DNA of 59,906 bases from positions 1-59,906 of the IMG/VR virus record IMGVR_UViG_3300006789_000024; one strand, given 5' to 3'. Both the position numbers and the translations under genes were made by a program. The notes beneath the pieces are model-generated. The model saw only the letters and a list, made by a program, of their open reading frames with translations. It did no database searches and was not told where the DNA came from. The DNA is from a virus (lineage: Duplodnaviria; Caudoviricetes). Of the stretch, positions 16,570-25,768 are shown one piece after another (position 1 is the stretch's first letter; every line of letters starts with the position of its first letter).

Positions 16570-16812
16570 ATGTTAACTAATAATAATATGACACAGCAAA
16601 CAACCCCTAATTACATCAACTTTGATAGACACGAAATCTATACAGAGGAAATGATGGACCTCAACATGGAACTGATTAACGATAGTTCTCTATCAGAATA
16701 CACAAATATCCTCTATGGATTATTTGATGGGTATCTCTACCCGAGACTTGAAGAGTCTACTAATCCTAAAGTTCAAAAACTAATTAACTTAATTAACCAA
16801 AAAATAAAATAA
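16570..16812 (+). CDS. hypothetical protein (early-type)
   Basis: First ORF after the promoter repeat. Confidence 0.75.
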   Translation: MLTNNNMTQQTTPNYINFDRHEIYTEEMMDLNMELINDSSLSEYTNILYGLFDGYLYPRLEESTNPKVQKLINLINQKIK

Positions 16813-17150
16813 TGACAGATAAAAATTACTTCTTCAAAAATTACGAAAGAAACTTAGCGTTCAACTCATTCCTTTACCACAATAGAGAATTCTTTAATAA
16901 CATTATAGAGACCATACCTGGTTGTACTAATGTTGTACAAGAAGATTTCTTTGATTGGCCAGGAATTCATATGGAAAAGGGTCAATGGAAATGGGGTTCT
17001 CAAGGTTTACAGAATTGGTTAGTTAAGAATGAATATGTAGTAGTAGACAGAGAAGACTATGATACATGTTGCTTAACAGCTACTCCAAAGCTGGTAAACA
17101 AAATACTAAAGAGACAAAATAGTTGGAACACACTTCAAGCAAATTATTAA
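16812..17150 (+). CDS. hypothetical protein
   Basis: TAATG coupling. Confidence 0.8.
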   Translation: MTDKNYFFKNYERNLAFNSFLYHNREFFNNIIETIPGCTNVVQEDFFDWPGIHMEKGQWKWGSQGLQNWLVKNEYVVVDREDYDTCCLTATPKLVNKILKRQNSWNTLQANY

Positions 17151-17167
17151 AAATAAAAATAAATAAT

Positions 17168-17497
17168 ATGATTTCACAAAAATTAAATACTTTAGGTCTT
17201 ATGGAGCAGACCTCAACGACTCAAGCAAATAATGGAACTAGATGTTTCTATGACCCAATAGCTAATTGCGATTATCTAAGTTATGAAAATGGTTATGTTC
17301 GTAGAGCATATACAGGCGCGTCATACTACGGTAATGTACATCGTACTATTTACCAACTAAACAAAACTAAAAAATATAAATCAGAATATGGTGATTGGTA
17401 TAATACTGCACGTATTATGATTCCATATCCATCAGCTCGTTTAGAAAGAATAGCTCATTGTGTAGTAGTATATCGTAATTACCTAAATAAAAAATAA
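17168..17497 (+). CDS. hypothetical protein
   Basis: ORF 17123..17497; ATG 17168 avoids overlap. Confidence 0.78.
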   Translation: MISQKLNTLGLMEQTSTTQANNGTRCFYDPIANCDYLSYENGYVRRAYTGASYYGNVHRTIYQLNKTKKYKSEYGDWYNTARIMIPYPSARLERIAHCVVVYRNYLNKK

Positions 17498-17498
17498 A

Positions 17499-17915
17499 AT
17501 GAAAGTAGAAAATATAATAAGTAACGGAATTAGTTATAATAAACCTGCTCAAAATACAGTAGGAGATATAATTAAAATTGCTGTATCATTATTCAGGATG
17601 AGACATACAGAAGAGGAAATCTTTGATATGTTTAAAGACAATTCTGATTATCATCCTGGTAGAAGATTTAACGATGATGATTCTATTACAACTAGAATAT
17701 GTAGTGCAATAACTCGAGCAGCCATAGATTTACATTTTCCATATAGCGACATTCAAGTTGGTTTAGACAGTAATGAAGAACTTTTACTCGAAGGAGTTAT
17801 TAAATCATTTGTCGATAGTTTAAGTGGTAGTGAAATGGATATTATCATATTAGATGGTATGAGAGATTGCGCATCAGCAGATCATTGGTATACATTTGAA
17901 AAAGACTGGAACTAG
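17499..17915 (+). CDS. hypothetical protein
   Basis: Operonic ORF. Confidence 0.8.
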   Translation: MKVENIISNGISYNKPAQNTVGDIIKIAVSLFRMRHTEEEIFDMFKDNSDYHPGRRFNDDDSITTRICSAITRAAIDLHFPYSDIQVGLDSNEELLLEGVIKSFVDSLSGSEMDIIILDGMRDCASADHWYTFEKDWN

Positions 17916-17928
17916 AGATATATACTAT

Positions 17929-18561
17929 ATGATTAAAAGAGTAAAACTATTCGAGGATTTTATTAACGAAAGAGAAGAAGGCCATCAATATGATGATATT
18001 AGTGGGGAATTATTAAAGCCTAAAAGAGGAAAATGGCTGAAAATTAACCCAAAAAAATATCCTGAATTAAATAAAGAATTTTTTGATTTAATCAATATAG
18101 CGTATGCTGAAATAGGAGGTCATGTAAAAATTAAATCTCCTGATGATGTATTTGCTGACCCTGACTGGACGTTTTGGAAAGGTGTAGACCTTAATGGTTC
18201 TCCAGACCTTGATTTAATTATATGGGGACAGCACACAAAATATGGAATTAAATTTAGTGGAGTTGGGCATGATGGAGAAAAAACTTCAACTAGAGAATAC
18301 TTAGACGCAAAAGCTAAATCATTATTAAAGAAAGGGTTTTATGGAGAAGTTAGTGGTGTACTTGCAGATATTATGATGGATAAATATGGAGTTCCTTCAG
18401 TAGATAATAAAGAAGATGTTCAAGATTTACTTAAAGGAAAAGATATTGAGTGGCATGGAAAAGACCCGAGTAATCCAAATAGAAGTGGAGATGGATGGTA
18501 CACTAGAAATTTAGGAGGAAATAGACATACTAAAATAATGATTGGGAAACCAAAAGTATAA
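17929..18561 (+). CDS. hypothetical protein with capsid-targeting-like N-terminus
   Basis: MIKRVKLFEDFINE start, 4 nt after AGATATATA 17916-17924. Confidence 0.8.
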   Translation: MIKRVKLFEDFINEREEGHQYDDISGELLKPKRGKWLKINPKKYPELNKEFFDLINIAYAEIGGHVKIKSPDDVFADPDWTFWKGVDLNGSPDLDLIIWGQHTKYGIKFSGVGHDGEKTSTREYLDAKAKSLLKKGFYGEVSGVLADIMMDKYGVPSVDNKEDVQDLLKGKDIEWHGKDPSNPNRSGDGWYTRNLGGNRHTKIMIGKPKV

Positions 18562-18562
18562 T

Positions 18563-19564
18563 ATGAAGGTATCGTATTTACATGGACTTGAGAGTCCAAA
18601 TTATGGACCTAAGGTCGATTGGTTAAATGATAAATTTGATACCTACGTTCCTAAGCTAGACTATCATAGTAAAACTGTATTTGAAGAGGCTCTTGATGGA
18701 TGTAGAGGTTCTAGTTTAATTGTAGGTTCTTCTATGGGAGGATATTTTGCATATATTATAGGACAACATTTAAGAATACCTACACTCTTATTTAACCCAG
18801 CTGTGGTGAGTAGGAATTTTGACCCAATTGTACAGTTATCTAATAGAAACGGTACTAAAAATACAGTATATCTTGGTAAAAATGATAATGTAATTAAAGG
18901 TTCTAAAATTAGAAAATATTTTTCTAATGAAGGTGTAGGTTCCTTTAAGTATAATACATATGATGGAGGACATAGAGTTCCAGAAGATGTTTTTATTGGC
19001 GCAATTTCTAAAGTTCTTAAAGTAAAAGAATCTAGGGTACACTCATTTGAATCATTTCATAATTCATTAAATGAATATAGCATACCATATTCTATTGGTT
19101 TTAAGAAAAGACCAGACTTTAAGCATGGATTAGTAAAAGAATTCTTTAAGTTTTTCTATATGGAGGGTGACCAACCTATAGGGAATTATATGGATATGGC
19201 TGAAGTAGTTCATGATAGATATGCTGGCGAATTAGACAAAGATATTCAGAAAGTTGGAGATATAGCTCAAGAAATTCATGATTATCTTAAACCGCCAGGT
19301 GGAAAATCTCCAGCATACGACTTAAATGATATGCATCAAGAAGGAGCAGCAGAAACAGTATTTAGTTATATGGACCAAGCAAATGAATTGGCTAAAAAAG
19401 TATATGATGGTGCAGCAAGAGGTGGAGCAGCTAAAGAAAAGAAAATAATACAAGGTCTTAAAGGTTTAGAGGCTACATTAGAAAGAGCTAGAGATATATT
19501 TACTTCTAGTTTTGGTAGTATTAAACATAGAAAAATCGGATTTAAGTTTAGTACGGATAAATAA
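18563..19564 (+). CDS. YqiA/YcfP-like alpha/beta hydrolase fused to an unknown C-terminal domain
   Basis: YLHGLES, GSSMGG nucleophile elbow, LLFNPA, D..I, GGHR; internal SFESFHNSLNE. Confidence 0.8.
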   Translation: MKVSYLHGLESPNYGPKVDWLNDKFDTYVPKLDYHSKTVFEEALDGCRGSSLIVGSSMGGYFAYIIGQHLRIPTLLFNPAVVSRNFDPIVQLSNRNGTKNTVYLGKNDNVIKGSKIRKYFSNEGVGSFKYNTYDGGHRVPEDVFIGAISKVLKVKESRVHSFESFHNSLNEYSIPYSIGFKKRPDFKHGLVKEFFKFFYMEGDQPIGNYMDMAEVVHDRYAGELDKDIQKVGDIAQEIHDYLKPPGGKSPAYDLNDMHQEGAAETVFSYMDQANELAKKVYDGAARGGAAKEKKIIQGLKGLEATLERARDIFTSSFGSIKHRKIGFKFSTDK

Positions 19565-19596
19565 GGAAAGATATATAATAAAATAAAACATTACAA

Positions 19597-20646
19597 ATGG
19601 CAAATAAAGATTTAGATAAAGTTAACAAAATGAAGGTTGAGCTTACACGAGCTCTTGATACTATTAGTGGAGACCTTGAAACAGCAAGAAATCAATTTGA
19701 TTATAATAGACACGGTAGAGACTATGGTAAAGATGCTGCATACGAGTTCGACGTAAAGATGAATGCAGGTCCTCATTTCGACCCTGAAGATTTAGCAAAT
19801 ACATATTTTGACGGTAGTACTGAATCTTTAGATTTCGAATACATGGAGCATTTAGGTAGAGAAGTAGAACATTTTGTTGAAATGCTGCAAAATGACCAAA
19901 AAATAGATTGGATTAAAGATTATTTTCAAGTTGGTCGAAGCGGAGGATGGTTAGTATTAACACTTAACGATTACACATGGTCAGAAGGCGATGTTGAAGA
20001 TAGATATAATGAAATAGAATCTGGATTCCAGGATGAGGTTGAGGATTATTCTGATGAAGATGATATTGATTTGAGTTCTATTAGAAAAGCATTTAAGAAA
20101 TGTATGAAAGAAGTTAAGAAATTTAATGATGACGCTGATAAACATATATCGCAATTACAAGAAATTAAAAAAATGATACCAACTGCGAAAGAACAAGCTG
20201 ACCATAATTTCGAAGCTGACCTTGAAAGAAATATAGGAGAATCTAAAAAATTATCATTTAATAAAATGAAAACGTTCGAATCTTTTGTATCTGAAAATAG
20301 CCATGAGGAAGTTGTATCAACTGATGATAAATATAAAGTTGCTGATAAACTTAATGAATGTTATAAAGAGGCTGTAGGAGAGGCTAAAGAATGGAGTGAA
20401 GATGTGCATGATGACCATACTGTCGAATCATATATGAATGAAAATGCAGCTCTTGTTGCTTCTTTAGCGGCAGATACTCTTAAAGAATGTAACGAAGATT
20501 ACACTAAAGAACAATACGAAAGCGCATTAAATAATTTGAAAGAAGCTTATATTAAAAAGATAGATGAGAAGATTGAAATGGAGTTAGAATTAGCTGATGA
20601 ATTACCTTATAATATGGAAGCCTCTATTGAGCTCAAAAGGAGCTAA
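19597..20646 (+). CDS. acidic hypothetical protein, probable internal head protein
   Basis: Late motif at 19569; internal KMKTFESFVSE. Confidence 0.8.
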   Translation: MANKDLDKVNKMKVELTRALDTISGDLETARNQFDYNRHGRDYGKDAAYEFDVKMNAGPHFDPEDLANTYFDGSTESLDFEYMEHLGREVEHFVEMLQNDQKIDWIKDYFQVGRSGGWLVLTLNDYTWSEGDVEDRYNEIESGFQDEVEDYSDEDDIDLSSIRKAFKKCMKEVKKFNDDADKHISQLQEIKKMIPTAKEQADHNFEADLERNIGESKKLSFNKMKTFESFVSENSHEEVVSTDDKYKVADKLNECYKEAVGEAKEWSEDVHDDHTVESYMNENAALVASLAADTLKECNEDYTKEQYESALNNLKEAYIKKIDEKIEMELELADELPYNMEASIELKRS

Positions 20647-20662
20647 TATCTAAAATACTATT

Positions 20663-20689
20663 AAACAAACTTAATGGTCTCTATATAAT
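20663..20689 (+). promoter_or_regulatory. middle-type promoter AAAC-N17-TATAAT overlapping a hairpin
   Basis: AAAC 20663, TATAAT 20684. Confidence 0.6.
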
Positions 20690-20707
20690 ATAGAGACCGT
20701 TTTTATT
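20673..20707 (+). terminator. intrinsic terminator
   Basis: GGTCTCTATA-TAA-TATAGAGACC stem followed by GTTTTTATT. Confidence 0.75.
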
Positions 20708-21175
20708 ATGCCCAGATTACCAATAGAGAAAATATATATGCAGGTTGCCTATCAATTCGCAAAGCTTAGTTATGCTGAACGTAGAAAAGTTGGTAGCGTT
20801 ATTGTAAAAGATGAGCAGATAGTTTCATTTGGATATAATGGAACACCTACTGGTTTTGATAATTGCTGTGAAGAAACTCACTATCATAGCTGGGACTATG
20901 AAGAAACTTCTGAAGGATATGAAGCAACTAAATCTGAGGTTCTACATGCAGAATCAAATGCACTCGCAAAATTAGCAAAAAGTACTATGAGTTCAGATGG
21001 TGCAGACTTATATGTCACAATGAGTCCATGTTTTGAATGTTCTAAATTGATAATACAATCTGGTATTAAGAATGTATTTTATTGTGAAGAATATAGAGAT
21101 ACAAGAGGATTAGAATTATTAAAGAAAGCAAATATCAGTACAAGTAAAGTAATAGTCTGGAATGACTTTAATTAA
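20708..21175 (+). CDS. dCMP deaminase
   Basis: KVGSVIV, GYNGTP, HAESNA, SPCFEC Zn-deaminase motifs. Confidence 0.93.
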   Translation: MPRLPIEKIYMQVAYQFAKLSYAERRKVGSVIVKDEQIVSFGYNGTPTGFDNCCEETHYHSWDYEETSEGYEATKSEVLHAESNALAKLAKSTMSSDGADLYVTMSPCFECSKLIIQSGIKNVFYCEEYRDTRGLELLKKANISTSKVIVWNDFN

Positions 21176-21206
21176 ACCATATATATAATATAACAAAACA
21201 AATAAA

Positions 21207-21758
21207 ATGGCGAAAACAAAAGAAGAAAAAGCTAAACAATATCAATGGAATAAATCAGATAATTTTGGAAAGATTGTCGAAGTAGAATCATCAGATGATA
21301 AAATGACATTTTTTACAGACGGTTCTCAAATGTTTAATGATGTTATAGATGAATTTTTAACTGAAGTTGTTGATGGAATTATTCCATTTCCAGGCGCAGA
21401 AACAGCATTAATAGGTGGCCTATCGGATTCAGCAGACAAACTAACTGAAGGAGTTAATATAAATAATGCTTTAGAAAATGAAAATAAAGAGGTGGCTTCT
21501 AGCGAATTAAAAGACTCGACTTTAGTTTCCTTAATAATGAAATTATCTACTAAAAATATAGTTCCTTTAGATACTAAACTCAATATAAACATACCTAAAA
21601 AAGATGTTGCTAATCTATTGATTGAAAATTCAGACGATAGTAAAGAAGATATAATAGAATCTATAGCTTCGGTTGCAGTAAAACAAATTGAGATAAATAA
21701 ACTACAAGAATTCTTAAAAGAAGAAATTACTAACTTTATAAATAAATACTATGAGTAA
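21207..21758 (+). CDS. hypothetical protein
   Basis: 183-aa ORF. Confidence 0.82.
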   Translation: MAKTKEEKAKQYQWNKSDNFGKIVEVESSDDKMTFFTDGSQMFNDVIDEFLTEVVDGIIPFPGAETALIGGLSDSADKLTEGVNINNALENENKEVASSELKDSTLVSLIMKLSTKNIVPLDTKLNINIPKKDVANLLIENSDDSKEDIIESIASVAVKQIEINKLQEFLKEEITNFINKYYE

Positions 21759-22155
21759 AGAGACACCACAGCAACAGCACATGAGCAGGCCTCAAAAAAG
21801 AAAAATGTATAAACAATTTGGTATTCTTAAGAAAAAGAATAGAAGTACAGAAGAAGGTCGTGAGTTATATAGAAGACTTAGAGAAGAAGGACTAGACGCA
21901 CATGAAAAGCATGTTAAGATGGTAAATGATTCTATAGGTGACCAACTACAGGTAAAATTAGATTCAATCAAAAAAACATGGAAGAAAGACTTTGGGTATA
22001 ACGATGCTGAGATTAAATTATTAGAAGAGGCATGGGTATTAACTTCATTCAAAGATAAAGAAACCTATAGAGCTGACAAGAAAGAAGCAAAAAGACTTAA
22101 TAGAAAGGCACAAGAATTAAAGGCTAATAGACTTAATGCAAACGATAACTCTTAA
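21751..22155 (+). CDS. hypothetical basic helical protein
   Basis: Overlapping operonic ORF. Confidence 0.8.
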   Translation: MSKETPQQQHMSRPQKRKMYKQFGILKKKNRSTEEGRELYRRLREEGLDAHEKHVKMVNDSIGDQLQVKLDSIKKTWKKDFGYNDAEIKLLEEAWVLTSFKDKETYRADKKEAKRLNRKAQELKANRLNANDNS

Positions 22156-22453
22156 AATAGCAGATAATGGTGTCATCAAAGAGATTCATGATGATAATAT
22201 AAATGCAGGAGGCGATACTTACGAATCAGTAAGATTGTATGAGTGGAGTGGCGGACCTGAGAATAAAAAGAAATTCATGCGCGATATATGTTTAGATATT
22301 GGTATGGATTTTGGTAATTCAAGATTAGTAAATCAAATTAAAATTATAGAAGATTGGGGCATACACTATGAACCAACAAAACCTGAAGTTCTGTCAAGGA
22401 TTGAAAAACTAGAGACTGAAATTATAGAACTTCGTAATAGAATTAAAAAATAG
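22136..22453 (+). CDS. hypothetical protein with C-terminal coiled coil
   Basis: Operonic ORF. Confidence 0.8.
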   Translation: MQTITLKIADNGVIKEIHDDNINAGGDTYESVRLYEWSGGPENKKKFMRDICLDIGMDFGNSRLVNQIKIIEDWGIHYEPTKPEVLSRIEKLETEIIELRNRIKK

Positions 22454-22848
22454 TGGAAGTGACTTCAATAGATTGTGTGATGTGCGGTTCTAAGCGAGAG
22501 TTTAATAAATACGTGAGAATAGAAAGCGATAATTCTACAACATCCGTAGACTATATCTCTATTATTACTAAGTTAATCAAATCTGATTTTCATGATGTAG
22601 AGCCTCATCCATTCATCGTTGGAATGGCAATTAAAAATGCATTAAATAATATTCGCAAAAAACAAAACAGCGATAGAGTAATATATCTTATGAAGCATGA
22701 TGATGGCGAAACTATAGAAAACTTTAAGGAACTTGCATACAATATGTTTGATAACTTAAAAGAAATAAATTTAATTGCTATCAATATGGAAAGTATAGAC
22801 GAAGATACTATATGCATGTTTGATAATTACGAAAATTTAGAATTTTGA
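22453..22848 (+). CDS. hypothetical protein
   Basis: GTG start coupled to the upstream stop. Confidence 0.75.
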   Translation: MEVTSIDCVMCGSKREFNKYVRIESDNSTTSVDYISIITKLIKSDFHDVEPHPFIVGMAIKNALNNIRKKQNSDRVIYLMKHDDGETIENFKELAYNMFDNLKEINLIAINMESIDEDTICMFDNYENLEF

Positions 22849-23426
22849 TAAGAAATAGAGTATATGATAAAGGTACTATAGTCTATGCGTTAATATCGCC
22901 AAAGGGTAAATATGATACCCTATTCCCTGTTAAAGGAATTATATATGATGTTAGGCACAGTGATAGTATTGTCGAATATCAGATTAGAATAAGTCATTTC
23001 TATGATGACATAAATTTCATAAAAAGACATTTTATATCAGCTCAGTTTGAAAGAGATTTTGGCGGTAAAATGATACATCTTAGAACTAAATATAGTAGAT
23101 TTAAGTCTATTAAAGAATTTAACGAACATATATCATCTTCTAACTTTATTGTAGTTGTTGATGGACCTATGGTACACAAGCGTAGGCATGAGATGCAGAC
23201 ATTATTCAATAATATACATGATTTTTTTATTGAGAAGAAGATAGCTAATATGTATGATGTATGTAGTAGAAGTTATTACAATAATGGAACATATTACTAT
23301 AAAAGTAAAGGAGTTTTCAAAGCACATCTCAAAAAGTTTTTAGGCGATAGAGGATATGGAACAGATTCGTTTTTAGATGACATACTATACAGACCTTCAG
23401 CCGACAGATTAGATAAGACTAGTTAA
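22845..23426 (+). CDS. hypothetical protein
   Basis: TTGA overlap with the upstream gene. Confidence 0.78.
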   Translation: MIRNRVYDKGTIVYALISPKGKYDTLFPVKGIIYDVRHSDSIVEYQIRISHFYDDINFIKRHFISAQFERDFGGKMIHLRTKYSRFKSIKEFNEHISSSNFIVVVDGPMVHKRRHEMQTLFNNIHDFFIEKKIANMYDVCSRSYYNNGTYYYKSKGVFKAHLKKFLGDRGYGTDSFLDDILYRPSADRLDKTS

Positions 23427-23433
23427 CAAATTT

Positions 23434-23442
23434 AGATATATA
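23434..23442 (+). promoter_or_regulatory. late-type promoter motif AGATATATA at start of tail module
   Basis: Recurrent motif upstream of structural genes. Confidence 0.6.
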
Positions 23443-23462
23443 AACTAAATACAACTAGTTAT

Positions 23463-25169
23463 ATGCCACTTACTTTTGGAAATTTTATGGACGGTCTTAA
23501 GACCAACATCGTTAAATTCGGTGATCGAGTAGGATTAGGAGCTGATGATGATGAACAATCATCAGGCGAGGATAATAAATCAAGGTCTGAAAATAATACG
23601 ACAGCTGATCCGAATATAGTTATGAGAACTGTAGCTGAGGGTCAATACCCCACTGCAAAAGCCGGAGAGGGATCAGATTACAACATATATTATACAAAAG
23701 AAATAGATTCTGTAGTGTATCAGCGTAAGGGTGAAGATGGGAAATCCACTGATATACCAGTATCTGACGGTCCTAGACCTTATTCAATTTTTAATAAATA
23801 TAGTTTAATGAACTATAAGGGTAATATAGCTACCGCAACCGATACTGAAGGCGTTCCATTGGCGCAGTTTAATAAGATAGACACGAAGACTTTAGTAAAT
23901 CCAACAGCTACTAAAATTGTAGAATTTTGTAAAGATTTAGGTAAAGATAACCTAGCGTATAGATACAATTATGCTGATTTTGCGTTATGTAAATATTTTG
24001 GTAAGATTCCGGCAAATCAAATGATAACACTTAGAAGATTTCCATTTCCAGTTGGTGATGATATTATATCTCCTAAAGAACTTGATGGTGCTGGTAATCC
24101 TGTAAAAATGACAATGCCAGATATCGCAAGAGCTATTACTTGGATGGGTGAAGCTCCAGGTAACGCAATGAATGAAATATTAGGATTTAAGCTTGGATTT
24201 GAATATGAAGAACTTGAATCTAAGATACAAGAAATGCAAGCAAAAACTAGTGCAAGGTCTGGAACATTTGGAGCTTTTGTTAATAATAATCCTATTGCTA
24301 AAGCAGCATATGGCGCGGTGTCAAATCAAAACGCACATCAGATGAAGACCAAAGAAGCAAATGCAGGATTTGATTCATTCAAAGAAACATATCCTAACCA
24401 TGTATTCGGTCCATTAAATGTTATTAAGCAAATATATGCTAGAAAACAAGGTCTAAAGTTTGAACAATCGTTTACTCTAAAATTTGAATATGAGATGCGT
24501 TCGTTGGGTGGGGCTAATCCTAAAGTTATGTTTTTGGACCAACTATCAAATATACTGGCCTTAACATATAATAATGCGCCATTTTGGGGAGGTTCTACTA
24601 GATGGACTGGAGATGGTAGTATTGCTAAACCTCTTGGAGATATAGATAAACTTAAGAATGGAGATATTTCAGGATTTTTTGGAAGTGTTGTTGATGATAT
24701 AAAGGGTATGTTCTCTGGTCAGTCATTTGGAGAGATGTTAGGTAAAGGTGTAAAGAATCTTATTGGTGGTAAATTAATGGAGATGATGAATACTCCTCAA
24801 GGTGGACAAGCTGTTCAAGCATTTTTAAGTGGTGACCCTACAGGCCAATGGCATTTAACTATCGGTAATCCATTAAATCCTATGATAGTTATGGGAAATC
24901 TTTGTTGTGAGAGCACTGATATTTCCTTTGAAGGACCTCTTGGTGTTCAAGATTTTCCTGAAAGATTGGTTGTAACGATATCATTAAAACCAGGCAGGCC
25001 TAGAGATAAAACAGATGTTGAGAGTATGTTTAATTGTGGGAAGGGTAGATTCTATTTACAACCTAAAGAGGGTGTTGATGTTGATAAAACAGTAAATGTT
25101 GATTCATACGGTAGATCGATAGGAGACTCAGCTACCTTAGAAGAGTTTAGAAAAATTACTAATGGATAA
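23463..25169 (+). CDS. putative baseplate / tube-initiator-type structural protein
   Basis: First gene of tail module; tube-fold-like C-terminus (WHLTIGNP..MGNL....ISFEG..FPERLVVTISLK). Confidence 0.55.
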   Translation: MPLTFGNFMDGLKTNIVKFGDRVGLGADDDEQSSGEDNKSRSENNTTADPNIVMRTVAEGQYPTAKAGEGSDYNIYYTKEIDSVVYQRKGEDGKSTDIPVSDGPRPYSIFNKYSLMNYKGNIATATDTEGVPLAQFNKIDTKTLVNPTATKIVEFCKDLGKDNLAYRYNYADFALCKYFGKIPANQMITLRRFPFPVGDDIISPKELDGAGNPVKMTMPDIARAITWMGEAPGNAMNEILGFKLGFEYEELESKIQEMQAKTSARSGTFGAFVNNNPIAKAAYGAVSNQNAHQMKTKEANAGFDSFKETYPNHVFGPLNVIKQIYARKQGLKFEQSFTLKFEYEMRSLGGANPKVMFLDQLSNILALTYNNAPFWGGSTRWTGDGSIAKPLGDIDKLKNGDISGFFGSVVDDIKGMFSGQSFGEMLGKGVKNLIGGKLMEMMNTPQGGQAVQAFLSGDPTGQWHLTIGNPLNPMIVMGNLCCESTDISFEGPLGVQDFPERLVVTISLKPGRPRDKTDVESMFNCGKGRFYLQPKEGVDVDKTVNVDSYGRSIGDSATLEEFRKITNG

Positions 25170-25759
25170 TGAAATTACAGAGTATAAATAAAAAAGTAAT
25201 AGATGGTGTAGTTCAAATAGCTAGACCTACTGTTATATTTGCTAAAATAGAGGGTGAAGCATACACAGAACATTACATAACTAAACATGAAGTGTGTAGA
25301 GTAGACTTAATATCCTTAGCTAAATATGGCACTGATGCTATGGGTGATATTATATTAAAATTTAATAAAATATCTAATCCTTTTTCATTTAATGAAGGAG
25401 ATATTATGTTAATTCCTGATAGGAATATTGGACTAATAGCTTGGAAAGAGATTGTAGGGTTTGATATTCCTGAACTTAATGAAATTAAAGCTCAATTTTT
25501 AGAAACTAAAAGACTTACCGAAAAGGACGCAAAAAGAGTTGAATATCTCAAGCAGAAAGCAGATAAAAAATCAAATGGGTCAAGCGCTCCTGCTCCTCCA
25601 AATATATTAAAACCAGGAGATAGTAATATTGTTATTTCTGGTGGTAAGATTTCTCTTAACCCAAGTGCGTTCACTAAATATAAGAATAAAAAAGATGCTG
25701 CTAAACGCGACGAAGAAATAAGAAGAGAAAGAAGTAGAAGAGACGAATCACCAGGATAA
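25169..25759 (+). CDS. LysM-like baseplate wedge protein (T4 gp53-like)
   Basis: RVDLISLAKYG....DIILKFNKISNPF...GD.MLIP. Confidence 0.7.
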   Translation: MKLQSINKKVIDGVVQIARPTVIFAKIEGEAYTEHYITKHEVCRVDLISLAKYGTDAMGDIILKFNKISNPFSFNEGDIMLIPDRNIGLIAWKEIVGFDIPELNEIKAQFLETKRLTEKDAKRVEYLKQKADKKSNGSSAPAPPNILKPGDSNIVISGGKISLNPSAFTKYKNKKDAAKRDEEIRRERSRRDESPG

Positions 25760-25768
25760 TAGAATAAG

